A DNA stretch of 62,496 nucleotides, counting the filler, from Globobulimina sp. (Eukaryota): NCBI GenBank assembly GCA_003354225.1. It is 12 parts of 12 records of this genome, joined end to end, with 100 filler letters (N's around TTAATTAATTAA, not from the genome) between each part and the next. Parts side by side here need not be neighbours in the genome. Positions count along the whole stretch, not along the records: positions 10,447 to 15,567 come from PIVH01000713.1; positions 15,668 to 20,786 come from PIVH01000714.1; positions 20,887 to 26,005 come from PIVH01000715.1; 9 more parts are not named here. One strand, written 5' to 3'. This document shows, piece after piece, positions 10,700 through 23,628 of the stretch. The notes under the pieces were generated by a model that was not told where the DNA came from, made no database searches, and worked only from the letters and a program-made list of their open reading frames with translations. Made by a program: the position numbers and the translations under genes. Each line of letters begins with the position of its first letter. Position 1 is the stretch's first letter.

Positions 10700-12904
10700 T
10701 CAGTTAATATAATCGTCAAATAATGTTTGTTGTCCACTGGGTGATATCGATGCAACCATAACAATGTTATCCTTATTTTTTAAATCCCGATGAAATGACT
10801 TTGAAATAAATTCATGATCAGCATCAAAACCATTATTATAAGTAATCATATCATCGTCAACAGATTTGCATTTACTGCGGATGACTGAGACGGGACATGG
10901 CGAAGACTCAAATAAATCATAATTAACATTCATAGCGGCACTATCATTGTCATCTTGAAAATAATAATTGTAATTATTTAGATTTTTCGCAGTTGAACAT
11001 GTTTTATCCGATTTTGTTTCAATATTTGATATTGATCTTATCGGTGTATTTAATGAAATAAATCGTTTGTTTGAATTTGAATAATTTGAAATTAAATTAA
11101 TTTCAATATTATTATACAATACACTCTCAATGTAATCATTATTCAGTTTATTTTTATGAAATATTCGTTTTACCGCAATAAAATTTTCAATGTCTTTAAA
11201 TTCTGCGGAATAGCATGTTTTTATCAATATATTTCTATTTTGTATTTTATCATCTTTTAAAATATTTTTATTTGCTAAAATATCATGAACTTTATGAAAT
11301 TGGTTACATTTCAATAATTGATCTGTTTTTATTTTGAAGACTGACAAAGCACAGCGAAATATAATATTAATTGAATCATAACATATCATATTGTCCCATA
11401 TTATTAATAATGATTTAAATGATAACGTATTGACAAATAAACCTAAAAACCAATGAAATGTTAAATTATTTATCAAATGTTTATCGATATCGCATCCATT
11501 AATAGTTTGTAAATGTTTATATAAATTTGGTAAATATTCTTTTATAATGTCATTAAGTACAAATCCATCAATTTTAACACCTAAAATATCCGTTTGATGA
11601 TAATAATATTCATCAAATAAGCAACATATCTTTTCAATTAAATATGACAACATCCAAAATCCTTCCTTTTCGTTCAAAAATAATAATAAAACCGCACCTA
11701 AAAAATTCATAGATTGACAATATCCAATCTTATTATTTCGATAACTATAATTTATTAATATATTTTTCAATAAATTGATTGATTTTGAATTTTTATATGT
11801 TGAATGAATGGGAAACGTTCTTTCCAAATCTCTTTCCAATGTTTCATCCATTTCCATTGAAATATTGCTCTCTTTTTCCTTTTCTTCTTGATTATAATCA
11901 CTTAAATTGTTGAAAGAAACCATGTTTCTCCAAACATAGCCTCTCAGCACGGATGGTATTCCATTACGAATTAAGTCTTTTAATTCTGCATTGAATGGAT
12001 CTAACCGTTTATGATAGTTATGGGCAATAAATTTTCTCCAATGCTTATTTATCCCATAATAATATTCATTTGTATCTGTATCATTAGCATCATCATCGTC
12101 GACCTCATCCTCCATATCATCATCAATAGCATCAATATAATCAATGCAATACAATTCATCGTGCGATAATAATCCATTTGACTTCATCCTATTTAATATG
12201 ATATATTTATAACAAGTATCACAAACACGAACAATATCTCGAATGCCTAAATCCGGCAAAACAGCTGTATGCGACGAACATTTCTGACATAACAGTTTAC
12301 CACAGCTACGACAGTGATGTTTCCTATTTACGGCATTAAAATTATCATCACAAATTTGACATTTTTTAACTTTATCATCAGAGATCCATTTGTTTGGTCG
12401 CCTCATTTTCTCTTTTTTAACAATTAGTTTTATTGTATTTAATTTTATCGATATTCGATTTAATAATTTTATGCAATCGTTGCGAATAAATTGTGTTTGG
12501 AATAAAATATCCCAATATTTACCTTTTTTGCTTTTCTTGTTTCCAATATTTAATGTATTATTAAACTGAATTATCAATCGCACTGATTCTCTATTATTTT
12601 TTTTATAATTATTATTTGTATGAATTGTATCTGATTCACATGCAAAATATTCAACAGATTTAATTATAATATTGATATTTTTGATGTTATTCACGTATTT
12701 TAGATTCATAGTTTGTGAGCCAAAATTAGATTTATCCAACGATTTTCTTATTCGCAAATCACCATTTTGCTTATTTATAGTAAAGTATAATGATGTTTTT
12801 ATTGCCGATACACTCCGTGATTCATAAATACAATATGTATGTTTATGTGCATCGGAATTTGGACGCGTTGATGGCAAACTTAATTTACGGCCAAACAAAC
12901 TCAT
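10700..12904 (-). CDS. FYVE-domain TBC (Rab-GAP) protein
   Basis: FYVE: WISD..CQIC..RKHHCRSCG..CQKCS..RVCDTC. TBC: GIPSVLRGYVW, ERDLERTFP (Arg finger), GYCQSMNF (Gln finger). Likely ATG at 12904. Confidence 0.92.
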   Translation of the reverse strand: MSLFGRKLSLPSTRPNSDAHKHTYCIYESRSVSAIKTSLYFTINKQNGDLRIRKSLDKSNFGSQTMNLKYVNNIKNINIIIKSVEYFACESDTIHTNNNYKKNNRESVRLIIQFNNTLNIGNKKSKKGKYWDILFQTQFIRNDCIKLLNRISIKLNTIKLIVKKEKMRRPNKWISDDKVKKCQICDDNFNAVNRKHHCRSCGKLLCQKCSSHTAVLPDLGIRDIVRVCDTCYKYIILNRMKSNGLLSHDELYCIDYIDAIDDDMEDEVDDDDANDTDTNEYYYGINKHWRKFIAHNYHKRLDPFNAELKDLIRNGIPSVLRGYVWRNMVSFNNLSDYNQEEKEKESNISMEMDETLERDLERTFPIHSTYKNSKSINLLKNILINYSYRNNKIGYCQSMNFLGAVLLLFLNEKEGFWMLSYLIEKICCLFDEYYYHQTDILGVKIDGFVLNDIIKEYLPNLYKHLQTINGCDIDKHLINNLTFHWFLGLFVNTLSFKSLLIIWDNMICYDSINIIFRCALSVFKIKTDQLLKCNQFHKVHDILANKNILKDDKIQNRNILIKTCYSAEFKDIENFIAVKRIFHKNKLNNDYIESVLYNNIEINLISNYSNSNKRFISLNTPIRSISNIETKSDKTCSTAKNLNNYNYYFQDDNDSAAMNVNYDLFESSPCPVSVIRSKCKSVDDDMITYNNGFDADHEFISKSFHRDLKNKDNIVMVASISPSGQQTLFDDYIN

Positions 12905-13093
12905 TGTACTGTACACCAGATAAAATGTTTAAAAAAAAAAACTGAAGTTTAGTGGACGGTTTTTTACGAGTTCTGCTTCAAAACTTTAAGATTGATCAGA
13001 AAGGAAGGAAGGAAAGGAAAGGAAAGGATACTGTACATATTGATTAATTATTATAAACGTGTATAGTTTTAGAAAAATCAATGAAATAAACAC

Positions 13094-15391
13094 TTAAATC
13101 GGAATATCTCCATCACCATCATCACCATCACCATCATCATCACCACCAACATCATCTAAATGTCCTTCGTCCTCTGCCTTTGTGCTAAATGTGTTCCTTT
13201 TTCTCGTTTTATCATTATCATCTTGTTTATCCTGATCACTTTCTTCTTTTTCCTCTTCTTTTTGTTCCAGATCCAGATCCAAATCATCCAATGCAGAGAA
13301 CCTAATCAATCTATCTTTGCTCTTAATTGTGTGCAGTTTTACGTTGTTTGCATCCTCGTCTCTATATTGTTTAAACATAACTCTCCGGACATCTTTTGCC
13401 TTATCAATGAGTCTAGCAAAATATCCAGTAATTAAGGTAGAAACAATTAAACAAAAAATAAAAGTCACCCATAACAGCCATACATTTGCCCGTCTCATTT
13501 GGTCTGAGCCGGCAGTAATTAAATTTATTGTAAATTTAATAGCATTGGTAGTGCCCATACTGCCGGCAATGCCCAAACCAAATACTGTTACATACACTAA
13601 TTCAAATACTGCTGTATCCAATATCATTGGCACAAAATCAGAATCGCCTTCAATATGTAACTCTTGCAGCGGATCATAAAATCTTTCAAATGTATCTGAA
13701 CATATACAGTAAAAGTACATCAATACAATTTAAAATAAAATAAAATAAAATAGATATTTACATACCAAACATTGCTTGTGCCACACCTGACAATTTCCGA
13801 AAAAATAAAATCCATAATCAATACAAATTGTATACAGTGCGGAATTTCCGTTCATATTCATATTTGGTGCACAAATTGTTATATTGCGATGATGGATTGT
13901 ATTTGTTGGAAATTAAATATTTATTGCACCTTTATCTGCAATCTTTTTTTTTAATCCCCATCTCTCCACATAATGAGTACCAATCACTGATAATGATATA
14001 CCACCAATCGCCACAATCCAATATAATAAACATTGTGCACCTATTAATACCTCACCATTCGCTAAACTCTGCAACGATGCCATTAATGCATCAAACAATG
14101 CCATTCCAACCACAAATCTCAAGTTGTCATATAATACGTCATTCACAATTATTCGAGACTTATCGGTTAAAAATAGCTGTTGTTCTGCTGGTGTTGCATT
14201 CTTTGGATACAAAATATGAAATTGCTCACTAAATGAAAATGCCACAGAGACAAACAAAGCAATGGTTATAAAATATCCCCATTGCTGAGCCACTAAGTTT
14301 GCATTGTTACGTCCATAAATTGCGAGAATAAATGTATTTATGCAATCTCTCCATGACCAGGCAATGGCGAACTTGATCACAGTTTGTGTCAATTTGATGG
14401 ATCTTTTGACAAATGCAAATTTTAATAACCGTTGTTTTTCTTCACTTTGAGTGTTGAATCGGTCATCAAATTCTTGCAAATATGTTTGTATTTCATTTTC
14501 TTTGTGCTCGTATACACCGCCAATACGAATAACTACATAGATGCCAAACGCAGTCATAAAGAGCGCATAAAAAAAATATGCAGTGGCAGTGGCTGAGGCA
14601 GAAGTGATAATTAACGCAAATGTCGCCTTTGCTGCATCACGCCATGCGATAGACACTGTATTTGATAGTGTGTCGACAAATAAATCTTCAAATTTTTCAA
14701 CCAATTCATTTGCTTCTATCTCTACAAAATCATAGATTTTTTTCGCAGAGGATTCTTGTTTCTTTTTTTCTAATTCTTGAATCGCATCGCGATCGCCACC
14801 TATTATTTTCCTGCATGGTTTCAGAGTGTATTTATATTTATATTGGTATACAGTACATATATCTGATATGAATGTTAACTTTTCTTTGCAATTAAGATTT
14901 AATTCACGTTTCATTTCAGTTAAATCTTCAAAAGCTCTGGGGATAACAGCTAAAATTATACCAATAATAAATATAATAAAAAAATAAATCCACGCATTAT
15001 TAGCTTTGTCATATTTGTCACCAACATTTCTGAACTCGATTTTTAGAGTATTTGTCATGGCGAGTGCTAGCAATGTCGCATTAACCCAACTTAAATTATT
15101 TACAATTTTATCAACAGTCGCATCTAAACATTGTTCTGTCATTAATTTTTCCTCAGCTTGTTTATCTTTGATTGATTCGACTAATGCTTCTTCGCAATCT
15201 GAATCTGTTAACATTGATTGCATTCTGTCATATTCTTTTTGAGGGCTTTTTTTACAGCAATCACCACATTTATTGTGCCATATTGTAAATACTGGCAAGT
15301 CTTTTGCTTTTTGCGATAACCTTCTTGGACGAGAAGACTCTTTTTCATCTGAATTTTCTTCATTAAAGCTTAGTCCTTGATACTGTGACAT
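13094..15391 (-). CDS. Polytopic membrane protein of unknown function with about 5 internal helical-hairpin repeats; 3 exons
   Basis: Exons 15391-13930, 13786-13766 (21-nt microexon) and 13695-13094; GT-AG introns 13787-13929 and 13696-13765 keep the frame (DK G VAQAMF D TFER); acidic C-terminal tail. Confidence 0.7.
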
Positions 15392-16022
15392 TGTTTCATT
15401 TATCTTAATTCATAAATGGTGAGTGTAACTGATTCGTAGAAGAAAATTTGGATCATAGGGATTTCTTAAGAAGAAGTCATATTTGGACAGATATCTACTT
15501 GATCCTCTTATACATTCCATAATTTCCATTCAATTATTAATTTGTTTTGGATTTGCCCACCCAAGACNNNNNNNNNNNNNNNNNNNNNNNNNNNNNNNNN
15601 NNNNNNNNNNNTTAATTAATTAANNNNNNNNNNNNNNNNNNNNNNNNNNNNNNNNNNNNNNNNNNNNCTATTTGCTTCATGTTCACCCCATCAAGCGATA
15701 ATCATCAGTTTTATCATTGGATGCTATAAACTGATTTTTAACCGAAATATCTGTTGGACTAATTTCCAAGTTTTTTTCAGTAAGGTTTCTCCTTAAAACA
15801 TCATGATGTTCAGTTTCTTTATACTTATATTTACCATAAGCGTAGGATTTGATAGGTTAGGATTGGCATTCTTGGATAATATATATATATTCTCAAAAAT
15901 AATATATATATTCATATATGATCCCTTGACAGGTCAACCATTTATTTATATATGATCGAAGGTAATATATATATTAGTGGCTGGTATATGTATATCTTAT
16001 CGGGAACACTACTGTATATTTT

Positions 16023-17168
16023 GCTAAAAGAGTGCAAGTGACCAATATTCATATGGGGGCAATATTTGCGGGCACCTTTATTGGCACTGTGACATTCACC
16101 GGTTCTGTTGCAGCATTCTTAAAATTACGAAATTTAATCTCGTCGAAATCCATTGCATTGCCAGGCAAGAATGCGGTGAATGTGTCCTTACTGTTGGGCT
16201 CATTGGGTTGTGGTGGAATGTACATGACTTCAACAACCAGCGAGAGTGTGATGTTAAGCGCGTTATTAGGCACCGTAGTATTATCGGGCGCATTTGGAGC
16301 ACACACAACCACTGCAATTGGTGGTGCTGACATGCCTGTCGTAATAACGGTATTGAACAGCTATTCAGGTATTAATTGCAATTGTCAGCTGACAACGTAT
16401 GTATTTTTTGCATACAAATGTTTGCTATAATCAATATATTCAGGATGGGCGTTATGTGCCGAGGGATTTATATTATCGAATGATTTACTAACCATCGTAG
16501 GTTCGTTAGTGGGCTCATCCGGCGCCATATTATCATATATTATGTGTAAAGCCATGAATCGAGATATTGTTAATGTGTTATTTGGTGGATGGAATCAAGT
16601 GGGCGGAGGAGGCCCAGCAATGGAAATAAGTGGTACGGCCACTGAGATAGATGTAGCTGGCACTGTGGACCAATTAGCGGATGCAAAATCAGTGATAATT
16701 GTGCCAGGTTACGGTATGGCGGTGGCGAGAGCCCAATATCCAATCAAAGATATCTGTGATCAGTTGGCGGCGCGTGGTACCAAAGCTCGCTTCGGTATCC
16801 ATCCGGTTGCGGGTCGCATGCCGGGACAAATGAATGTGTTATTAGCAGAAGCCGGTGTGCCCTATGACGTGGTCTTAGAAATGGATGAAATAAATGATGA
16901 TATGAGCGAGACTGATTTAGTGTTGGTGTTAGGCGCAAATGATACCGTGAATAGTGCGGCGGAGGAAGACCCCAATTCGCAGTTAGCGGGGATGCCAGTA
17001 TTACGAGTCTGGCAATCAAAGCATGTGGTTGTAATGAAACGAACTTTGGGCGTCGGCTATGCCGCTGTCGACAATCCCGTGTTTTATAAGGATAATACGG
17101 ATATGTTATTGGGTGATGCAAAAGCAACTTGTGATGCATTAGCATCGGGACTTCGAGAAAGAACATAA
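16023..17168 (+). CDS. NNT: NAD(P) transhydrogenase beta part (domain II C-terminal half + NADP-binding domain III); 5' end missing or rearranged
   Basis: [34 protein letters not shown] (intron 16369-16443), [65 protein letters not shown]. Confidence 0.93.
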
Positions 17169-18094
17169 ATCAATGATACCATTAATATTATAATATATTT
17201 AACGAATACATTGCTCACTTGCTTGTATTTTCCCATTTTTGTCAACTTCTAACTAAACTTAAATTTAATCCAATTGATTTCTTATAGGAGTTTGAATAAA
17301 TTGATGTTGTGATGAAAAAATTTGTTCCACGGCATTCTCCTTCGTATTTAGGTATGAGCACACTAACTCTTTCGTCATTTTGCTTGACTTTTACGTTGTT
17401 GTAACCTGCGTGTATTGTATCAATCAGATACTATGTAAAGGAGACACTTCAATTCTTCGAATTGACAAAGTTAGCCATTGTCATCAGATTTCCCTTTTTT
17501 TGAAAGTTTCAATTCTGTTTGTTTTATCAATAAATCACACATTATGCTGCTTTGAAACATAAAGAAAGCTGTACGAACAATCTTGATAAGTTTTAGTCTG
17601 CTGCAGATTTATTTGAAGTCATGGTTGGCATGGTGTTTCTGGTTTGCTGTATACAATATTCAAATGCATTTGTTATCATGAGATCGATTATAAATAAAAT
17701 TAAACAAAACAATTGAAATTTGCAAACAACAAAATCCTAAAAATCTGCAATAAAATCAATATTAAATCGATGTTTTACTGAATAAATGCATAAAATATCC
17801 ATAATCCAACCAAATCATTAATTAAATTAGTTAGAAACGCGATATGTGTCTTGTCAAGTTGAGCGAGATTCGGTGGATTCAGTTCCTAGATGATGGGACA
17901 ACTGATTTCTAAGGTTTGTTTGATAAACATTGGTTTGACGTCGATGCTTTCAAAAGATTTCAAAAAAAAAGAAGTGTTAACCAGCGCCAAAACTTCACAA
18001 CTGTTCTTGTATTGGACATAACAAACAGAATCATGACGTACTAACTTTGTCAATTTAGAACCTAACAAGCAATTGCAAAAAAGATATAAGTCAG

Positions 18095-18109
18095 TCAGTC
18101 AGTTTTATC

Positions 18110-18141
<32 letters not shown>

Positions 18142-18965
18142 CATTATCATTGTGATTATCATTGTGATTGACATTTATTGCTTCTTTTTTTATATTTCTT
18201 TTATTATAAAAAAGGACATACGCCGAACTGGTGAATACCTCTTTTTCTGTTATTGACGAAACCGAAGAATCATCAAATTCGTACCACTTGCTATTATTCA
18301 AATTTTTGGCATAAGCAATGTAATGACCACCGCCTAAACCGCCCGAATGGATTGACACTGCAAACAAATCATATAAAAGAGAATCAGCACCAATCCATCT
18401 CGATAAATCGAAGCCATTTATTGGATATTGAACCGGCGCATCATTCTTCTCTCTGTAATAACCATTTTGTGTAAATCTTTTTAAATGAATAATAAAAATA
18501 TCGGGCAGCGAATATAAATCTAATTTCTTTTTCGCGCATTTATGATCCCCACAATCTCGACAATACCACGCATCATTTTTGCTCAAAGTCTCTTCCAACA
18601 CAAACTCATCAATACATTCACTCAAATTTAGTGTTTTCTCACTTGATGTATATGACGACGACGACGACGATGAATAGGATGAATGCTTTGAGACTGACTC
18701 GTCGTTTAAAGGCGATACAAATACATTGTGATTAAAACAATTTTGTGCGCCGCATTCCCATCGAATGCCAAAGGCTCTCGTATCATAGCTGCTGTCTGGT
18801 ATTACCATGTGGAGAGAAGACAAGTTGTCCAAAACACAGCCATTGCAATACGCGCTGTAACTGCACTCTCCGCAGCTACGGCCATACTTATCCAACACCA
18901 CAACTTCATATGCTCCCCTTTTCTCTGCCTCTGCCTCTTCCTCTTTATCCTCTTCTTCTTCTTTA

Positions 18966-18997
<32 letters not shown>

Positions 18998-20786
18998 CTC
19001 ATCACTTGAAAACATTTTAATAATATCATTATTGATTGGCATCCATTTCTCAATATTTTGCAATATTAAGTAGGGCTCAATTAGTTTCTCGATGTATTGC
19101 CGGATCAAAGCGATACAGATATTGGACTGAGACGGCAATTTAATGACTAACGGAATGCCGACGTCCGAGTATCGCATATTGGAGGAAGTGAGTTGGTGAT
19201 AAATGGGGATTATTTTGAATTTGGTGGTGTCTAAATCCAATTCATTGCCAAATAATAATTGGTTCACTTGTTGGTCAGTGGCGACTTCATAGCAAAGCGT
19301 GTGGTTATTATTGTTGTCGTTGTCCGATATCTCGTCAATTGAGCCATAGTTGGGATAAACATTATAAATGTGATGGTTCCACACATCGCAAATAATTAAT
19401 CTATTTTTAGCGATTAAAGTCATTGCAGACAACTCGTCCTTTAACTCGCTAATCGTTGAGAAAAAAGCTAATTTTATCGCGTATTTCTTTGGTAAAATGT
19501 TTAAGTCCAAAAAAATCACTGTCACCATCTTTATGACATACTTCTTCTCCGTCGGCAAGGGCACCGACAAAAACATGAACGGGTCGAAGGTGACGGATAT
19601 TTTCGAGCAATCGGGACACTCGACGCGAGATTTTAATTGTCCCTGAATTAGATCTACGATGATTGAGTCATTCCGCTCTTTGTGGATGGACCACGACTCG
19701 CTGCCATCATCGCCATCATCATACTCTTTCTTTTCGCAGTACGGTTTGTTTAATATGCGGTTGAGGTCTTCGTGGAGGCCGTCCAACAGAAACTGTAACA
19801 GCTCGGAGGAGTCGTGTTGTTGATAGCCACTAAAACGAGGTTGGATTTGCCCGATGGTCGCTTTTAACTCATTTGGTGCCAACACGCTGTACGAAGAGGA
19901 CCAATACTTTGACAACAAAGAGGACCACGTCTCCGCCACTTTGCCTTTCCAACCGAGCGGATTATCGCGGTTTATCTCAGATTTCCATAATGAAGAATTT
20001 AAAAAATAAGCCACAAATAAGGGACAATGAGAGAGGCACTGAATGGTTGAGTTCATAAAACAAGTATTTCCCAAATTTCTCAAACCAACGCAACCAGCGT
20101 CCGTTGGTGCGCTCGGATCGTCATTATTGATGTTCATGTTCCACATATAATTATTATTATTATTATTATTGTGGTGATTAAAAGTGCTCCAAAATGGATC
20201 CGGCGCCGTATACGTATTTAACACATCAATTCTTTGCGATTCTTTATCTAAACATTCATCATAATTTGACGAATATCCATCGTAATGCACTTTTATTGTT
20301 TGGTTGCCATTGATATTGATTTCGGTCACTTGGCCCGTATACCATTTATGATACGCACTGTCATAAATATCTATTTTCAATCCAACAAAGATGGACTCTC
20401 TCCACTTATTGGCATCATATTTTCTTTTCCATTTTCCATCTTCTCCTCGAACTTCAAACATATAACTTATGGCTGAGGATAAGTCGATGTTTAATGCCCA
20501 TTCTCCAAAAGCTACACAACACTCACTCTCACTTAATAATATCCATTCTTTCTCTTCTTTTTCTTCTTCTTCCTCTTCTTCCTTTTCTTGCATCACCTCA
20601 TCATAGGATGGCGGTGGAACGTCCTCTTCCGATCCAGATGCCGGTACAGATGCCGATGGGGTATTAACTGGGAACGGATTCCAATGCTCATATTCTTGCT
20701 CAATATCTCCTTCATTGCCTCCTTCTCCTTCTTGGCTCTTCGCTGTCGCCGTCGCCGTCGACGAAGCCTTCCTCACTGTCTTCCAA
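18095..20786 (-). CDS. Ubiquitin carboxyl-terminal hydrolase, USP4/11/15-like, with an N-terminal Tudor/MBT-like barrel; 5'-truncated
   Basis: Cys box GLRNLGNTCFMNSTIQCL; QQHDSSE; FDPFMFLSVPLP; WYCRDC; His box HSGGLGGGHYIAY; WYEFDDS. Confidence 0.95.
18107..18150. repeat. (ATCATT)n microsatellite encoding the Asn-Asp tail of the USP
   Basis: Hexamer tandem read directly from the sequence. Confidence 0.85.
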
Positions 20787-21249
20787 NNNNNNNNNNNNNN
20801 NNNNNNNNNNNNNNNNNNNNNNNNNNNNNNTTAATTAATTAANNNNNNNNNNNNNNNNNNNNNNNNNNNNNNNNNNNNNNNNNNNNCTTAGTTAATTTGG
20901 ATATTTGACGATTTCATACTTTTATCAATATTGCTGATATCCCATAAATATTTATTTTTGACAGTTTTTCATGATTTGGCATTATCCATAAATAAACTAC
21001 CTAATCCGTGTAACTTTGTGTATACCATAATTTTTTATTATTTTCGCTTGAATCGGCTACAAAATTGATTCACATTTCACAACAGGTTTACCAAATAGAT
21101 ATCCCGCAGCCGTGGTGTTCAGGATCAAATAATATTATATTAAACTTAAGTTTTCAAAAAAGTATGATAAAAATAACGCAGGTTGTGTTTTCAACACACT
21201 TTTTCCTACTCTACTCCACTCAAAATAGTATATTATTACTAATATATAT

Positions 21250-22008
21250 ATGGCAGGAGCAAGTGTTGATGTTGATGTTGATGTTGATCCTCAAACTCAA
21301 CAAACAAAGCAATTTGATCAATTAAAAGACATTGTATGTAAAACATTAGAAAAGAAAGGTATTTTGGCAAAGACACAAGCGAAACTTCGTAAACATGTAT
21401 TTGAAGCACTGTTAATCGGCGAACAAGAAAATAAATCAAATTTTTGCAATTTATCTCCACAAATTGATGAGAATGATATTTATGATAAGTTTGCAATGTC
21501 GTTAATTGGTGATTTTTTATCTTATCACCATTTGGATTATACACTGTCTTTAATGAACACTGAGTCACAAAATAAATTACAATTAACACAAAATATCACA
21601 GCAAATGAAATTGCATCAAGATTAGGTTTAGGAGCACAAAAACCAAATCCTGACCGCTGTTTATTGAAACAATTAGTTTCAAAGTTATTTGATTCCGATG
21701 TGTTTAAACCAACAAATTCTGTCTTATCAAATGGCATTAAATTGAAACAAAAAAGTCTATTAAATACATCATATACATCGTATCAAACTGCTTTAAATAA
21801 TAATATTAATAATAATGATCGGAATGAGCGGATAATGAATAATGAGAATGAGAATGATAATGAATACGAGGATGATTTTGCCACTGATAATGAATCACAA
21901 AATACTCTAAAATTAGAGAATGTTGCTGATATAATTTTGAATGTCAAAACGGATAAAATCAAATTTAATTTCAATTGTAATCACTCAGACAAAACAATAA
22001 AACAATAA
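21250..22008 (+). CDS. FOP/CEP43(FGFR1OP)/FOR20-family LisH centrosomal protein
   Basis: LKDIVCKTLEKKGILAKTQAKLRKHVFEAL (TOF motif) and LisH LIGDFLSYHHLDYTLSLMNTE. Confidence 0.8.
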   Translation: MAGASVDVDVDVDPQTQQTKQFDQLKDIVCKTLEKKGILAKTQAKLRKHVFEALLIGEQENKSNFCNLSPQIDENDIYDKFAMSLIGDFLSYHHLDYTLSLMNTESQNKLQLTQNITANEIASRLGLGAQKPNPDRCLLKQLVSKLFDSDVFKPTNSVLSNGIKLKQKSLLNTSYTSYQTALNNNINNNDRNERIMNNENENDNEYEDDFATDNESQNTLKLENVADIILNVKTDKIKFNFNCNHSDKTIKQ

Positions 22009-22306
22009 TATGGAGATTGGGAATCTATTTATTTATTTATTTATATTGACACTTTTCCTTCGCAAAACTTTCTTTTTTGGTTGCTCCAACTCCGCTGTCT
22101 CAGACTCAAAGGCAAAGATGACTTGTTTCAAAGTTTCAAGAGTTTGAAGTTTTTTTTTTTGCATACTTCATACCAGTGATACCACTGTAAATCAGTGCAT
22201 TGTATGACAATCAAAAGTAATACAAATAAAATTCAATTAATTCATAAATCAGTGGCTTCAACAAATTTATTTATTTTTTCTCATTTTTTTATTTATTCTC
22301 ATTTTT

Positions 22307-23377
22307 TTATTGTTGAGTTTGTTGTTTATTGGTTGTCCAATAATAATTTGAATGTAAAAATCTTTGTTCTTCCATTGATATCATTTCATTTGTATACAAC
22401 AAATGGTTCTTTTTGTTATTTTTTTTTGTGTTTATAATATTACCGCTCTCTCTCTCTCTCTCTATAATATTTTCATTTTGTTTAATTTCAATCGATGCCA
22501 TTCCATTTCCACCATTCATTTCATAATTTTTATTATTTGGTGATGATGGTTGTTGTGGTTGTTGTTGTTGTGATTGTTGTATTATTGTTATATTTGGTGG
22601 TGGATGGTGTGAATGAAGAGTATGGGAATGGGAATGGGATGGATGTGGTGGATGTGGTAGATGTGGATATGGCGGATGTATGGGATGTTGATGTTGATGT
22701 GGATGTTGATGTGGATGTGGATGTGGATGCAGATGATGATGATGCTGATTATTAATATAATGGTTAAATGGTGATGGTGGCGGAGGCATTGCCATCATCA
22801 TTGGAGCCATCATCATTTGATTCATCCTTTTATTTATTTATTTATTTATTTATTTATAGTCAGTGCAAGGATGTGATGTAATACATACATACATTGGATT
22901 TATCATTGGATTGGGAAACATTGGATGATGATTGATTTGTGGTGGAGGTGGTTGTTGTTGTAGTTGTTGTATTGGTGTTTGTTGTATTGGTAATAATAAT
23001 TTCTGTCTTTTAGTGGGTGGTTCGCCTCTTTCTGCGTGTTTTTCGTCAATAACTTGTTGCGGAATGTTAGACATTCCAAAGATATCGATATGAAATGAAT
23101 CCCTTCCTTCTTTGGCATGCGGTACTTTATCAATTTGTTGTTTGTGCACTTGAAACACATGGACCATCATTCCATGCGCCGATCCCAACCGTTTATGACA
23201 AACAATACATTTGAAGTGTTTTGCTCTTTGATGTTGGATTAATACTTTTTCATTCTCAAATGTACGATCACAATAATAACAAAATATTATTGGTTTAACT
23301 GCATAAAATGGTATTGCTATGTTCGAAAATCAAAAACAAACAAAAAATCACATACATTTCTTTTTTTTCCTTCCCAT
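22307..23377 (-). CDS. ZNF207: BuGZ/ZNF207/SUF4-family zinc-finger protein; 3 exons
   Basis: MGRKKK|FKPIIFCYYCDRTFENEKVLIQHQRAKHFKCIVCHKRL..HVFQVHK; introns 23299-23355 and 22827-22892; Pro/His/Gln low-complexity middle; GLEBS-like ISMEEQR. Confidence 0.9.
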
Positions 23378-23628
23378 GTTCAGGCAAAGTCAAACCAAGA
23401 TAAACTTTTCAGATAAAAATCTTGCTTAGCTCATCCAGCTGATAATGGGCCTGGCTCTGGGTTCAGACTTCAGACTTCAGAGAAACATGATATTTTGTTT
23501 GCAAATGGGGCAAAACTTGCATGGCTAAAATCAGAATTGTTTTGACAGCACAAAATGTATTTAAACAACACAATTGAATTGAATAAGATTGACAACACAA
23601 TTTAATATTTATTTGTTAAGAATATTGC

